The position numbers and the translations under genes are program-made. Below are positions 37,745-48,583 of a DNA stretch of 64,000 nt, one piece after another (the first letter of the stretch is position 1; every line of letters starts with the position of its first letter). The notes under the pieces are model-generated. The model saw only the letters and a list, made by a program, of their open reading frames with translations, had not been told where the DNA came from and searched no databases. The stretch covers positions 56,987 through 120,986 of the forward strand of contig JBEKXE010000001.1 of the NCBI GenBank assembly GCA_049512335.1, read 5' to 3'. The DNA comes from Candidatus Lustribacter sp. Lineage in GTDB: Bacteria > Vulcanimicrobiota > Vulcanimicrobiia > Vulcanimicrobiales > Vulcanimicrobiaceae.

Positions 37745-39394
37745 GTGTCCCTCTATCGTACCTGGCGTCCCCTGACCTTCGCGAGCTTGGTTGGTCAGGA
37801 TGCGGTCGTGCGCACGCTCACAACGGCTATCGAGACGGGGAAGCTCGCCCATGCCTACCTGTTCTCGGGACCCCGCGGTTCGGGCAAAACCTCGGCCGCC
37901 AAGATCCTGGCGCGCTGCATCGAGTGCGTGAACGGTCCGACCGCGACCCCCGACAACACCTGTGCCAATTGCACGGCCATCCTCGACGGCACGGCGTTCG
38001 ACGTCGTCGAGATCGATGCGGCGTCCAATCGCGGCATCGATGAAATCCGGGCGCTGCGCGACGCGGTCAAATTTCCGCCGTCGGTGATGCGTTCGAAAGT
38101 CTACATCATCGACGAAGCGCACATGCTGACCAAAGAAGGCGCGAACGCGTTTCTGAAAACGCTCGAAGAGCCGCCGCCGCACGTCGTGTTCATCCTCGCG
38201 ACGACCTCGCCCGAAGCGTTGCCGCCGACGATCCTCTCACGCTGCCAGCGCTATGCCTTCCGGCGCATCCCGATCGAGGTGATGATCGCGAAGATGCGCG
38301 AGATCGCCGACGGCGAGAACATCGAGATCGACGACGCCGCGCTGGGCGCGCTCGCCTACCGCGCCGACGGCGGCTTGCGCGACGCCCTGACGATGCTCGA
38401 ACAAGTCGCGGCCTTCGGTGCCGGCCACGTCGACGCGGCCACCGTCGACGCCGCGTTCGGCCAGACGGGACGGGCGTTCGCGCTCGCGCTGCGCGACGAG
38501 TCGCTCGACGGGGATGCGGCCGCGGCGTTGCGCACGATCGACGACGCCAGCGATGCCGGCACCGACATGCCGGGGCTGATCCGCGCGCTGATCGGGGAGT
38601 TTCGCCACCTGCTCGTCGCGCGCGTCAATCCGGAATTGCTCGCGCGCGATCTGGCGGCCGACGATGCCGCGGCCGCGGCCGCCCGCGCGCAGAGCGTGCC
38701 GCAAGCGCGCATCGTGCGCGCCCTGCGCCTGTTCGGCGACGCGCTCGGGTCGGCGCGCAACTCCGGCAACGCCCGGCTCGAACTCGAGACCGCGCTGCTG
38801 CGCTTCGTCCTGCAGGCCGAGGATCCGGCGCTCGACGCGCTGGCCGCGCGCGTCACCGCGCTCGAAGGCGGCACGCCGGTGCCGGCGCCGCCGCCCCGCG
38901 TCGCGCCGCCCGCAGCGGTTCCGGCGCATCAGCCGGCGCCGGCCCGCCGCGCCGCTGCTCCGGCGCCACCGCCGGCGCCGCGACCCCAGCCGGAACCGGC
39001 ACCGTCACCGCCCCCGGCGCGGTCCGCGCCGGCCATTCCGGTCGTGGGCGCCCTGACGCCGGCCAAGGTGCGCTCGTTGTGGGCGAACGTCCGCGCGCGC
39101 GCCGAGAGCGAGAAGCCGTCGATGGCCGCCTCGCTCGGCCGGGCGACGATCGAATCGGCAACCGACGACGCGATCACGCTGCGCATGCCCGATTCGACCG
39201 GCGGGGAAACGCTCAAGCGCAGCCTCGACGTGCTCAAACGCGCCGTCGACGGCGTGATCGGACGGCCGATCGAGGTGCGGGTCGTCGTCGGCGCGCCGGC
39301 CGCTCCGGCGGCGAGCGATCCGGCGGCGGACGGCGAACTCCCCGAAGAGCATCCCGACGACGTCGCGCGGTACGCGTTCGACCGGCTCCTCTGA
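37745..39394 (+). CDS. dnaX: DNA polymerase III subunit gamma/tau
   Basis: The GTG start gives VSLYRTWRPLTFASLVGQDAV. GPRGSGKTS, Zn module CIECVNGPTATPDNTCANC, IIDEAHMLT and a Pro/Ala-rich linker. The ORF-track start at 37601 lies in the divergent promoter region. Confidence 0.9.
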   Translation: MSLYRTWRPLTFASLVGQDAVVRTLTTAIETGKLAHAYLFSGPRGSGKTSAAKILARCIECVNGPTATPDNTCANCTAILDGTAFDVVEIDAASNRGIDEIRALRDAVKFPPSVMRSKVYIIDEAHMLTKEGANAFLKTLEEPPPHVVFILATTSPEALPPTILSRCQRYAFRRIPIEVMIAKMREIADGENIEIDDAALGALAYRADGGLRDALTMLEQVAAFGAGHVDAATVDAAFGQTGRAFALALRDESLDGDAAAALRTIDDASDAGTDMPGLIRALIGEFRHLLVARVNPELLARDLAADDAAAAAARAQSVPQARIVRALRLFGDALGSARNSGNARLELETALLRFVLQAEDPALDALAARVTALEGGTPVPAPPPRVAPPAAVPAHQPAPARRAAAPAPPPAPRPQPEPAPSPPPARSAPAIPVVGALTPAKVRSLWANVRARAESEKPSMAASLGRATIESATDDAITLRMPDSTGGETLKRSLDVLKRAVDGVIGRPIEVRVVVGAPAAPAASDPAADGELPEEHPDDVARYAFDRLL

Positions 39395-39422
39395 TGCGCA
39401 CTCGACAGCAAAGGACATCACC

Positions 39423-39731
39423 GTGAATCAGGCCCAGATGATGCAGCAGCTCAAGAAGATGCAGCAAGAGATGGCGCGCGTGCAGGACGAGCTCGCGAAT
39501 ACCGTCGTCGAAGGGACCGCTGCTGGTGGCGTCGTTACGTGCGCGGTCAACGGTGAGTTTCGCGTTACGAAGCTTACGATCAAGCCGGAAGCCGTTGATC
39601 CGGATGATGTTGAGACGCTTGAAGATCTTGTGGTTGTGGCTTTGAACGATGCGATCGTCAAAGCGAAGGCGCTTAGTGAGCAGAAGATGGGAAGGCTCAC
39701 GGGCGGGATGAAGATTCCTGGGTTTTCTTGA
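39423..39731 (+). CDS. ybaB: Nucleoid-associated protein YbaB/EbfC
   Basis: 102 aa. MMQQLKKMQQEM...V.G.AAGG.V...NG... pattern. Conserved dnaX-ybaB-recR synteny. Confidence 0.9.
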   Translation: MNQAQMMQQLKKMQQEMARVQDELANTVVEGTAAGGVVTCAVNGEFRVTKLTIKPEAVDPDDVETLEDLVVVALNDAIVKAKALSEQKMGRLTGGMKIPGFS

Positions 39732-39736
39732 GGGCC

Positions 39737-39794
39737 GCGAAGGAACGCCGCAGCGCCTCACACGCCCCCGCGCAGCAACGCGGCGTTCCTTCGC
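39737..39794 (+). repeat. Perfect 15-bp inverted repeat (stem-loop) between ybaB and recR
   Basis: GCGAAGGAACGCCGC (39737-39751) and GCGGCGTTCCTTCGC (39780-39794) are separated by a 28-nt loop. No T-tract follows. Confidence 0.8.
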
Positions 39795-39802
39795 TCCGTT
39801 AG

Positions 39803-40405
39803 ATGCGTAATGGGGTTGCTGGGCCTGTTGCGGCGCTCATCAACGAGTTTTCTAAGTTGCCTACTATTGGGCCTAAGACTGCGGCTCGGCTGGTGTTTCA
39901 TTTGCTCAATAAGCCGCGGGGGGATGCGGAGTTGTTGGCGGACGCGATTATTGCGCTCAAGGATCGGGTGCGGTTGTGTTCGCAGTGTTTTTCTATTACC
40001 GAAGAGGATCCGTGCGCGATTTGTTCTGATTCGCGGCGGGATTCTAAGCTGCTTTGCGTGGTGGGTGAAGCTAAAGATATCTATGCGCTCGAGCGGACGT
40101 CGGCGTATAACGGGCGCTATCATGTGTTGGGCGGGCTCATCTCGCCGATGGATGGGATTGGGCCGGCGCAGTTGCGGGTCAAGGAGCTGGTCGAACGGAT
40201 TGGGGCTCATGGGTTTGAGGAATTGATTGTGGCTACCAATCCGAATGCTGAGGGGGAGGCTACGGCGCTCTATCTTTCGCGCTTGGTGTCGCCTTTGGGC
40301 GTGCTGGTTACGCGGCTTGCGTATGGGTTGCCGATCGGTGGGGATTTGGATTATGCCGACGAGGTGACGTTGGCGAAGGCGATCGAGGGGCGGCGCTCGC
40401 TTTAG
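39803..40405 (+). CDS. recR: Recombination protein RecR
   Basis: HhH (LPTIGPKTAARLVFHLL), C4 zinc finger (CSQCFSITEEDPCAIC), Toprim (LCVVGEAKDIYALE). Confidence 0.95.
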   Translation: MRNGVAGPVAALINEFSKLPTIGPKTAARLVFHLLNKPRGDAELLADAIIALKDRVRLCSQCFSITEEDPCAICSDSRRDSKLLCVVGEAKDIYALERTSAYNGRYHVLGGLISPMDGIGPAQLRVKELVERIGAHGFEELIVATNPNAEGEATALYLSRLVSPLGVLVTRLAYGLPIGGDLDYADEVTLAKAIEGRRSL

Positions 40406-41031
40406 CTTTCGACGATCTCGGTGCCGGGCACGATCGTGCCGGGGATTGCGACGCGGCAGTAGACGCCCATGATGTTGCCGCGTTGCGTCACGATCGTGCG
40501 TTGCAGGGCGGGGTCGGGGTCGCCCGTTGCGACGTCGTAGCTGGGGGTGACGCAGCGCGTGATCGGTGAGACGACGTCGAGGGCGACGTTGCCGATGTGC
40601 AGGCGCGTGCCGACCAGGGCGTGCTCCATGAGCGTGAACTGCGGGGCTGATGCGGCTACGATGTTGGGGCGGAAGCGCAGCGGGTCGACGCTGCGGCCGG
40701 CCAGTGTTTCTAGATCGCGTAGCCAGTGGTCGAAGACGATCGAGACGGGTTCGAGGTCGTAGTAGTGGGGTGCCGCGTCCTCCGCGTCGACGGTGACGCC
40801 GGCGCGCTGCGCGATCTCGATCGCGGCTTCGACCGCGGTGACCGTGTGGAGCAGGCGGTTTTCCTTGCCGCGGTAGGTCTTGCCGGTGCGCGCGTGTTCG
40901 GGCGTGCTCACGAAGAGTGCTCGGCCGCGGTCGCCTGCGAAGCCGTCGGTGCGCACGTCGGCATGGTTGAGCCGCTCGGCGCGCAGCGACTTCACCGGAT
41001 AGCGGTAGAGGCTCACGACCGTGCCCAGCAT
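40402..41031 (-). CDS. MOSC domain-containing protein
   Basis: MLGTVVSLYRYPVKSLRAE N-terminal beta-barrel motif and a C-terminal MOSC segment with a conserved Cys (SPITRCVTPS). Confidence 0.75.
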   Translation of the reverse strand: MLGTVVSLYRYPVKSLRAERLNHADVRTDGFAGDRGRALFVSTPEHARTGKTYRGKENRLLHTVTAVEAAIEIAQRAGVTVDAEDAAPHYYDLEPVSIVFDHWLRDLETLAGRSVDPLRFRPNIVAASAPQFTLMEHALVGTRLHIGNVALDVVSPITRCVTPSYDVATGDPDPALQRTIVTQRGNIMGVYCRVAIPGTIVPGTEIVES

Positions 41032-41107
41032 CGCCCGCTCTTCGGCGGTGGCGCCGGTGCTTCCGCGCCGGAGGTGAGCAGGCCGGTCGACCGAACGCTC
41101 GACTAGG

Positions 41108-42061
41108 GTGACGGGTTATGACGCTCGGCTGATGACCATCGGCGAGATCCTCGACCGGGCCATCGCCACGTACGTGCGGCGGTTCGTTCCGCTGTTCGTG
41201 ATCTTGGGGATCATCGCGATTCCGGCCGGCGTGCTGAGCGCCTTGGCGGGGCCCAGCTTCACGCACGTGATCCAGATCTTGGGCGAGCTCTTCTCATTGC
41301 CCCCGGGCGACACGGTCGACCGCACGGCGCTCTTGAGCCAGATCAACCGTTCGACGCTGCCCGGCGGGTCGTTGCAGTTCGCGCAGCTGCTGTGGCTCTT
41401 CGCCTATCCGCTGGCGCAAACGGCGATCATCGTCTACGCCGCGGGTGTTTTCGACGGCACTGCTCCGACCATCGCATCGGCGTATCGCGTCGCCGTGCGG
41501 CGCTGGCTACCGCAGATCGTCGTCGCGATCGCATTTTTGGCGATCGGCGCGGTGCTGGCTTTCGGTTTCGTCATCGCCGTCGCGCTTGCGGTCCTTGCGG
41601 TTTCCGTGTTGACGTTTCTGTCCCGGGTGGTCGGGGTGATCGCCGTCGTCATCGTTGCGCTCGTCGCGTTCGTGGCGGCGATGGTCGTTGCGGCGCTGGG
41701 AGTCATCGCTTGGCTGATGGCGACGATCAGCGTTGCGCTCGACGACGGCAATCCGGTGCGCGCGATCGGCCGCGGGTTGCGCCGCACGCTCGACCGGCCG
41801 CTCTTCCGGCGCACGCTCGGGGTGGCGCTCGCCGTCGTCGCGATCAGCTGGTTCGGAGATCTCGCGATCCTCGCGTTTGCGGGCCTGGCCGAATACCTCA
41901 CGCATCTGACGCTGCTGTACGGCATCCTCGCCGCCAGCGCCGGCGTCATGCTCAACGGCGTGACCCTGGTGTTCGTGCTGCTCTACGTGCGCGACGTGCA
42001 GTTGCGGCGCGAGGGATCCGACTTGATGGAAGCTGCCGCCGCGCCGTCGCCGGCGCTTTGA
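41108..42061 (+). CDS. Polytopic membrane protein of unknown function
   Basis: Six to seven long hydrophobic segments. Start uncertain (GTG 41108 or ATG 41132). First gene of the plus-strand run that includes the MoxR cluster. Confidence 0.5.
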   Translation: MTGYDARLMTIGEILDRAIATYVRRFVPLFVILGIIAIPAGVLSALAGPSFTHVIQILGELFSLPPGDTVDRTALLSQINRSTLPGGSLQFAQLLWLFAYPLAQTAIIVYAAGVFDGTAPTIASAYRVAVRRWLPQIVVAIAFLAIGAVLAFGFVIAVALAVLAVSVLTFLSRVVGVIAVVIVALVAFVAAMVVAALGVIAWLMATISVALDDGNPVRAIGRGLRRTLDRPLFRRTLGVALAVVAISWFGDLAILAFAGLAEYLTHLTLLYGILAASAGVMLNGVTLVFVLLYVRDVQLRREGSDLMEAAAAPSPAL

Positions 42062-42063
42062 AC

Positions 42064-42666
42064 GTGGTCTGGCCGCACGGCGATCCGCGCGACGTCGCGC
42101 GCGCGATCGTGGCCGATCCGCGCTTTCACGGAACGACGTCGGACGGCACGCCGCAACCGAATTTCCTCGATCGCGTCCTCGCGTGGCTCGGGCAACGGTT
42201 GGTGGAACTGTTGCGTGCGATCGGGCATGCGCTCGGCGCGCAAACGCCGCTCAGCGTCGTGATCGGCACGGCGGTGCTCGTTGCGGCGGCCGTGGTGCTC
42301 GTCGTGTGGTTCGTGCGCCGGCCGGGTCGCCGTCAGGCCGCGCCGGGGCGTCAGGTGCGGCTCGAGCGCGCGCCGACGAGCGCCGAGCTGTTCGCCCAAG
42401 CACTGGCCGCGGCGCGCGCCGAGCGCTGGCACGCTGCGGCTTCGTTGCTGGTTCGGGCCGCGCTGCACGCGCTCGACGAACGCGGACGGCTGCGCTTCGA
42501 TCCCGCGCGCACGCCGGGTGAAGCGCGGCGTTTGCTGCACGACGCGGCATTCGACGCGTTCGAGCGCGAAGCGACGACCGCGCTGTTTGCGGCCGGCGCA
42601 GCGACGCCCGACCGTTTCGCGCGCCTGCGCGCGGCGTACGCCGCGGCTTTCGGCGAGGCGGCGTGA
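42064..42666 (+). CDS. DUF4129-like protein
   Basis: One TM segment (LSVVIGTAVLVAAAVVLVVWF) followed by a helical domain with ...TPGEARRLL.... Position upstream of DUF4350, MoxR and DUF58. Confidence 0.5.
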   Translation: MVWPHGDPRDVARAIVADPRFHGTTSDGTPQPNFLDRVLAWLGQRLVELLRAIGHALGAQTPLSVVIGTAVLVAAAVVLVVWFVRRPGRRQAAPGRQVRLERAPTSAELFAQALAAARAERWHAAASLLVRAALHALDERGRLRFDPARTPGEARRLLHDAAFDAFEREATTALFAAGAATPDRFARLRAAYAAAFGEAA

Positions 42667-43559
42667 TGCGGCGGGGCGACGTTTTCCCGGCGCTGCTGGT
42701 GCTGGCCGGCCTCGTGCTCGTGGCAGCGTTGACCGGACGATCGCAAACGGCGAACACCGACACCTTCGCCTCGACCGATTATCGCAGCGGCGGCTATGCG
42801 GCCTGGTATCTGCTGCTGCAGCGCGAGGGCGTTGCGATCGAGCGCTTCGAGCAGCGGCCGGCCGATTTGGATGCGGGCATCGACACGCTGATCGCGGCGG
42901 CTCCGGTCGTGCCGGCGGGCGCGGCGGCGCGCGGCCCGGCGGACGTGGCGGCGCTCGCGCAGTGGGTGCAGCGCGGCGGACGATTGATCACGCTCGGCGA
43001 CGCGCGCCCGTTCACCGGCCGCGGGCCGCAACTGGCCGGCGTGCGCACGCCGTACGGGCGCGGCGAGATCGTGTTCGTACGCGATCCGCATGAGTTCGAC
43101 AACGCGCTGCTGGCGCACGGCGACAATGCGCGGTTGGCGTTCGAATTGGCGCGCCCGCGGCGGCCCGGCGGCAGCGTCGCGTTCGATGAGGGTTTGCACG
43201 GCACGATCGTCGATCGCCGTTGGTGGCAGGTGCTCGACGTGCCGCTGCGCGTCGCGCTCGGCGGCGTTGCGCTGGCCGTCTTGATCGCGCTCGCCGGCGG
43301 CGCGTTGCGCTTGGGACCGGCGGTAACCTTGCGCGTGGCGCGCGAACCGGCGTCGGATGAATTCATCGCCGCGGTCGCCGCGCTCTACGCGCGGGCTCAT
43401 GCGCGCCGGGCGGCGCTGGCGCTGTTGGCGGCGGGCGCGCGGCACGCCGGCGGCGAGGCCGTGACGCAGTTGCGCTTGCTCGCCGAACGGCAGTCTCCGA
43501 CCGACCGCGATCTCATCGCCGGTGCGGTGCTCGCGCGCGCCATTCGCGAGGAACGCTGA
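42663..43559 (+). CDS. DUF4350-like protein
   Basis: N-terminal anchor, then YRSGGYAAWYLLLQREGVAIERF.... A C-terminal TM segment. GTGA overlap with the upstream gene. Confidence 0.5.
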   Translation: MMRRGDVFPALLVLAGLVLVAALTGRSQTANTDTFASTDYRSGGYAAWYLLLQREGVAIERFEQRPADLDAGIDTLIAAAPVVPAGAAARGPADVAALAQWVQRGGRLITLGDARPFTGRGPQLAGVRTPYGRGEIVFVRDPHEFDNALLAHGDNARLAFELARPRRPGGSVAFDEGLHGTIVDRRWWQVLDVPLRVALGGVALAVLIALAGGALRLGPAVTLRVAREPASDEFIAAVAALYARAHARRAALALLAAGARHAGGEAVTQLRLLAERQSPTDRDLIAGAVLARAIREER

Positions 43560-44509
<950 letters not shown>

Positions 44510-44513
<4 letters not shown>

Positions 44514-45841
44514 ACGGAGTCTCCCGCGTACGGCCGCCGCTGTGGCTCGGGCCGCGCGGCATCGCGACCGCGATCGTCTTCGCGCTGCTGGCCGGAGCGC
44601 TGGCGCGCGCCGTGCCGTGGCCGTCCGCCGTTGCGTTTGCGGCCGTCGCGTTCGCCGCGTTGGCGTTCGCCGACGGCCGCGCGAGCGCGCCCGCGTTTGC
44701 ATTGCGCCGGATCGCGCCGGAGCGGTATGCGCTGGCGCGGGCCGGCGCGTTCGTTTACGAGATCGAGAATCGCGGCGGCCTCGCGTTGCGCTGCGGCATC
44801 CTCGAAGCACCGGTGGCCAAGCTGGCGATCGCGACGGCCGGCGCGACGGCGGTCGTTGCGCCGCGTTCGCGCGCGCAGGTCGAGATCGCGTTCGTGCCGC
44901 GCGAACGCGGCCGCACGGCGTTGTCCGATTCCTACGCCTGGTACGAGTCCCTGGCGGGTCTGGTGCGGCACCGCGTGCGTCTGCCCGGCGCGCAAGCCAT
45001 CCGCATCCTGCCCGACCTGGGCGCCCTCGATTCCGACGATCTAGCCGCGCGCGCCCGCTCGATCGAAGCGGGCTTGCGGCGCCTGCGCCGCCGTGGTGCG
45101 GGCACGGAGTTCGAGAGCTTGCGCGAGTACGGCGCCGGCGACGCGTTTCGCGACATCGATTGGAAGGCGACCGCGCGGCGCGGTCGCGTGATGGTCGCGC
45201 AGTACGAGGTCGAGCGCAGCCAACAGGTGATCGTGGCGCTCGATGCCGGGCGGCTGATGGCCGCGCGCTTGGGCGACCGCCGCAAACTCGACTACGCGGT
45301 GAGCGCCGCGCTCGGCATCGCCGGCCTCGCCCGGCGGGCGGCGGATCGGGTCGGCATTCATGCCTTCGCCGCCACGACGCTGGCACGGGTTCCACCGGCC
45401 GCCGGCGCCGCGGCGGCGTCGGCGATCGTCGAAGCGCTCGCCGACATCGAACCGCGGCTCGACGAATCCGATTACGAACGCGCCGCGCTCGAACTGCGGC
45501 AAACGTATCGCAAGCGCAGCTTGATCGTCGTGTTCACCGACCTGTTCGATCCGGTCGCCTCGAGCAACGCGCTGGCCGCGCTCGGGCTGCTCGTGCGCCG
45601 CCACCTCGTGCTGGTGGCGTTGATGAACGACGCCGGGCTCAGCGATGCGCTCGCGGCCGAACCGCGCGACGTCGCGACCGCGTATCGCGCGGCGTTGGCG
45701 ACGTCTTTGGCGGCCGAACGCGAGCGCGCCGTGGCGGGTTTACGGGCCCGCGGAATGCTGGTCGTCGACGTGCCGGCGCGCGACTTGCGGCTCGCGACGC
45801 TGGATGCCTACCTCGCGGTCAAGACGCGCGGTCTGCTCTGA
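44510..45841 (+). CDS. DUF58 (vWA-like) protein
   Basis: GTGA overlap with moxR. Two N-terminal TM segments and the hallmark REYGAGDAFRDIDWKATARRGRVMVAQYE. Confidence 0.8.
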
Positions 45842-46802
45842 TCGCCGGTTGCCGGCCGGCGAACACCAGGTAGGCTGCGAGCGCAACGGCGGTCAAGGCG
45901 CCGATCGCAAAGCGCGCGTCGACCGAGAGGCGCTGCGGTGAGACGAACCCCTCGATCGTGCCGGCGACGACCAGCAGTCCCGCGACGCCCAGCATCAGCG
46001 TCAATGCGCGCGCGGCCCCGGCGGTCAGCGCGTCGACGCGCCGGGCCCGGCCGGGCCGAACGATGCCCGCCGCGAGGATGAGCCCGGCCGCGCCGGCGAC
46101 CTGGATCGAGAACAGCTCGATCACGCCGTGCGGGGAGATCGTGGCCCAGAAGTCGGTGCCGAATCCGCGCGCGGCGAACAGCGCGCCGAGCGTGCCGAGC
46201 ATCAACCCGTTGCTCCCGATGATGTAGAGCGTCAGGATGCCGGCCGTGATGCCGCCGGCGAACGCGAGCGCGTCGACCCGGACGTTGTTGGTGATGATCA
46301 TCGCCGACATCGCCGGCGCGAACGCGCGATCGAAGCCGAAGTTGGAGTCGTGCAGGCTGCGGTCCACCAGCGGCACTTCCTGTGCCGGCACGAACGCGTA
46401 GGCGTTGGCCGGATCCGCGCTCGTCGCGCGGTAGCTGATCGTGGCGGCGACCACGGTGATCAGCACGCACAGCGCGATCGGCCGCCACGAGCGGCGCACC
46501 TCGCGCGGAAACGCCGCCGCGAAGAAATGGCCGGCCTTCGACCAGCCGCCGGCACTGGTTCCGGCGTAAACGCGCGCGTGCGCGCGGGCCACCAGCCGGT
46601 TGAGGTAGGCGACGAGCCGTCCGTCATAGCGGCGCGCGCGCGCCATCGCGAGATCGCTGGTCGCGGCCCGGTAGCCGAGCGCGAGCGCGCCGAGTTCTTC
46701 GGCCGGCAGGCGCCCCAAGCCGTCGCGATCGGCGCGTGCGAGCAGGCTTTCGAGTTCGGCCCACCGCGGCCGGCCCCGGTCGACGAAGCGCGCTTCGCGC
46801 AT
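45819..46802 (-). CDS. SpoIIM-like (DUF95) membrane protein
   Basis: N-terminal cytoplasmic helical domain (RPRWAELESLL...GYRAATSDLAMAR) followed by about six TM segments. Confidence 0.6.
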   Translation of the reverse strand: MREARFVDRGRPRWAELESLLARADRDGLGRLPAEELGALALGYRAATSDLAMARARRYDGRLVAYLNRLVARAHARVYAGTSAGGWSKAGHFFAAAFPREVRRSWRPIALCVLITVVAATISYRATSADPANAYAFVPAQEVPLVDRSLHDSNFGFDRAFAPAMSAMIITNNVRVDALAFAGGITAGILTLYIIGSNGLMLGTLGALFAARGFGTDFWATISPHGVIELFSIQVAGAAGLILAAGIVRPGRARRVDALTAGAARALTLMLGVAGLLVVAGTIEGFVSPQRLSVDARFAIGALTAVALAAYLVFAGRQPAIRADRAS

Positions 46803-46854
46803 GGTACTCCCTTTGGCGCGAGGGCTTGCGTGACCCCGCTCGTAGCTTGCAGGG

Positions 46855-47613
46855 GTGGAACGCGCGCTCGACGTCCGGACGGCCGAAGCGATTGCGGTGC
46901 GCTACGAGCTCGCCGGTCTCGGCAGCCGTTTTCTCGCGCTGTGCATCGACATGGTGCTGCAGTCGGCGGTCGCCCTCGCAGTGGTCCTCCTGCTCGGGGT
47001 GTTCGCGCTGCCGGTCGCCCGCGCGGTGGCCTGGCTGCATTTGGACAAGACGGTGTACGTCGCCGCGCTCAGCGTCCTCGCGCTGGCGATCTTCGCGCTG
47101 TTCTTCGGCTACTTCATCGTCTTCGAATTGGTGTGGAACGGACAAACGCCCGGCAAACGGGCGCTCGGAATTCGTGTCGTGCGCGACGGCGGCTTTCCGG
47201 TCGACGCCGGCGCCGCGGTGATCCGCAACGTCGTGCGCGCGGTCGAGGTCGCGTTCGGATTCTACGTCATCTCGGCGTTCGTCGCGCTGCTTTCACCGGA
47301 GAACAAACGGCCCGGTGATTTCGCCGCGGGAACGATCGTCGTGCGCGACGAGCCCGGCGATCTGCCGGTGCTCGACGCGGTCACGTTCGACGAACCGCAC
47401 TACGACGACGGGCTCGACGCCCACGACCACGCGCTGATCGCGCAGTTCTTAGCGCGCCGCGCGACGCTCGAACCGTGCGCTGCCGGCGAGATCGCCGCGC
47501 GTATCGCGGCGCGCGTGCGCCCCAAGCTGCGCGCCTCGTTCCACTTCCTGAGCGATCTCGATCTGCTGGAACATCTGGCCGTTATGGGGAGCCGTTCCCG
47601 CGGAACCGGTTGA
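46855..47613 (+). CDS. RDD-family membrane protein
   Basis: GLGSRFLALCIDMVLQ and NGQTPGKRALGIRVVRDGG, typical of the RDD domain. Divergent from the SpoIIM-like gene. Confidence 0.7.
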   Translation: MERALDVRTAEAIAVRYELAGLGSRFLALCIDMVLQSAVALAVVLLLGVFALPVARAVAWLHLDKTVYVAALSVLALAIFALFFGYFIVFELVWNGQTPGKRALGIRVVRDGGFPVDAGAAVIRNVVRAVEVAFGFYVISAFVALLSPENKRPGDFAAGTIVVRDEPGDLPVLDAVTFDEPHYDDGLDAHDHALIAQFLARRATLEPCAAGEIAARIAARVRPKLRASFHFLSDLDLLEHLAVMGSRSRGTG

Positions 47614-48583
47614 GCATCTCGCGCGCGAAGCTGTTGGCCGCGGCCCGCGCGTCTTCGTACACTTTGGCCGCGTCGACGTTGGTCATGTGGCGGCCGTGCA
47701 ATTCGTAGAACGTCGCGCCTTCGCCGACGACGACGGTGCCGGCGTACGCGATCGCTGACTTGATCAGGATCCCGCCGGCCGGGATGAAGCCCGCCAGCTC
47801 GCGCGCCAGCGCGCGCCAGCCGAATCCGCCGCCGACGACCGGCAGCAGCTCCCACATCCGCGCCATGTCGGGGTCTTTGCCGAACGTCGCGCCGATCTGC
47901 AGCATCAGCATCATCTGGATGCCGGTGATCGCCATCATGTCGCCGGCCGAGACGAACGCGCCGAGGAACACGCCGACGACCGGCATGTTGTCGATCAGCG
48001 CGCTCGCGCCCGCAACCTTGAGCGCATTGAGCGCCGCGTCGCGCGTCAGCTTGGCCGCGACCGTGGTGCGCAGGACCGGCAAGCGCCGCCCGACCGCGAT
48101 CTCGACGTTCTTGCAGACGTCGATCAGATGCGGCAAGAGGCGCACGCGCAGCCACTCGAACTCGATCGACGGAACGATGTAATCCTCGATCGCGCCGGCT
48201 GCCGGCGGTTGCGCCGGCCCGCTGGTGGCGCTGACCGCGGCGTCGACCAGCACGGCGAAGACCGGCAGCTTGAGCGCGGTCAGCGCGTCGACCGGGGCCT
48301 TCGCGCGGTCGTCCGGCGCACCGAAGAACAGCACGGCCCGGGCGTCGGTCAGGTCGACCGGAGCGTTGCCGGGCGAGATCGTCTCGAGCGCCGCCGCGGC
48401 GTCGGCCGTGTCGTTGCCGGTGCCGTCGAGCAGCAGCGCGCGAAACGCCGCGACCAGCGCCGGGTCGCCGCACAGCAGAAACTTGAACGGCTGGCGCGCG
48501 CCGGCGTGCACCGCGCCCGTGTTGAGCGTCGAGCGCAACCGGTTGAAAGTCTGGGCCGCCCCGAAGACGCCGCTTTTCATCAT
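47582..48583 (-). CDS. DUF697-like membrane-associated protein
   Basis: C-terminal half (NMPVVGVFLGAFVSAGDMMAITGIQMMLMLQIGATFG...FIPAGGILIKSAIAYAGTVVVGE) resembles DUF697. No GTPase motifs seen. Confidence 0.45.
   Translation of the reverse strand: MMKSGVFGAAQTFNRLRSTLNTGAVHAGARQPFKFLLCGDPALVAAFRALLLDGTGNDTADAAAALETISPGNAPVDLTDARAVLFFGAPDDRAKAPVDALTALKLPVFAVLVDAAVSATSGPAQPPAAGAIEDYIVPSIEFEWLRVRLLPHLIDVCKNVEIAVGRRLPVLRTTVAAKLTRDAALNALKVAGASALIDNMPVVGVFLGAFVSAGDMMAITGIQMMLMLQIGATFGKDPDMARMWELLPVVGGGFGWRALARELAGFIPAGGILIKSAIAYAGTVVVGEGATFYELHGRHMTNVDAAKVYEDARAAANSFAREMLNRFRGNGSP

Noticed and set aside
37745-39394. Programmed -1 frameshift site (A AAA AAG type) in dnaX producing gamma
   Set aside because: I saw no A-rich slippery heptamer in the dnaX coding sequence. 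The only A7 runs in the window are in the rne tail.
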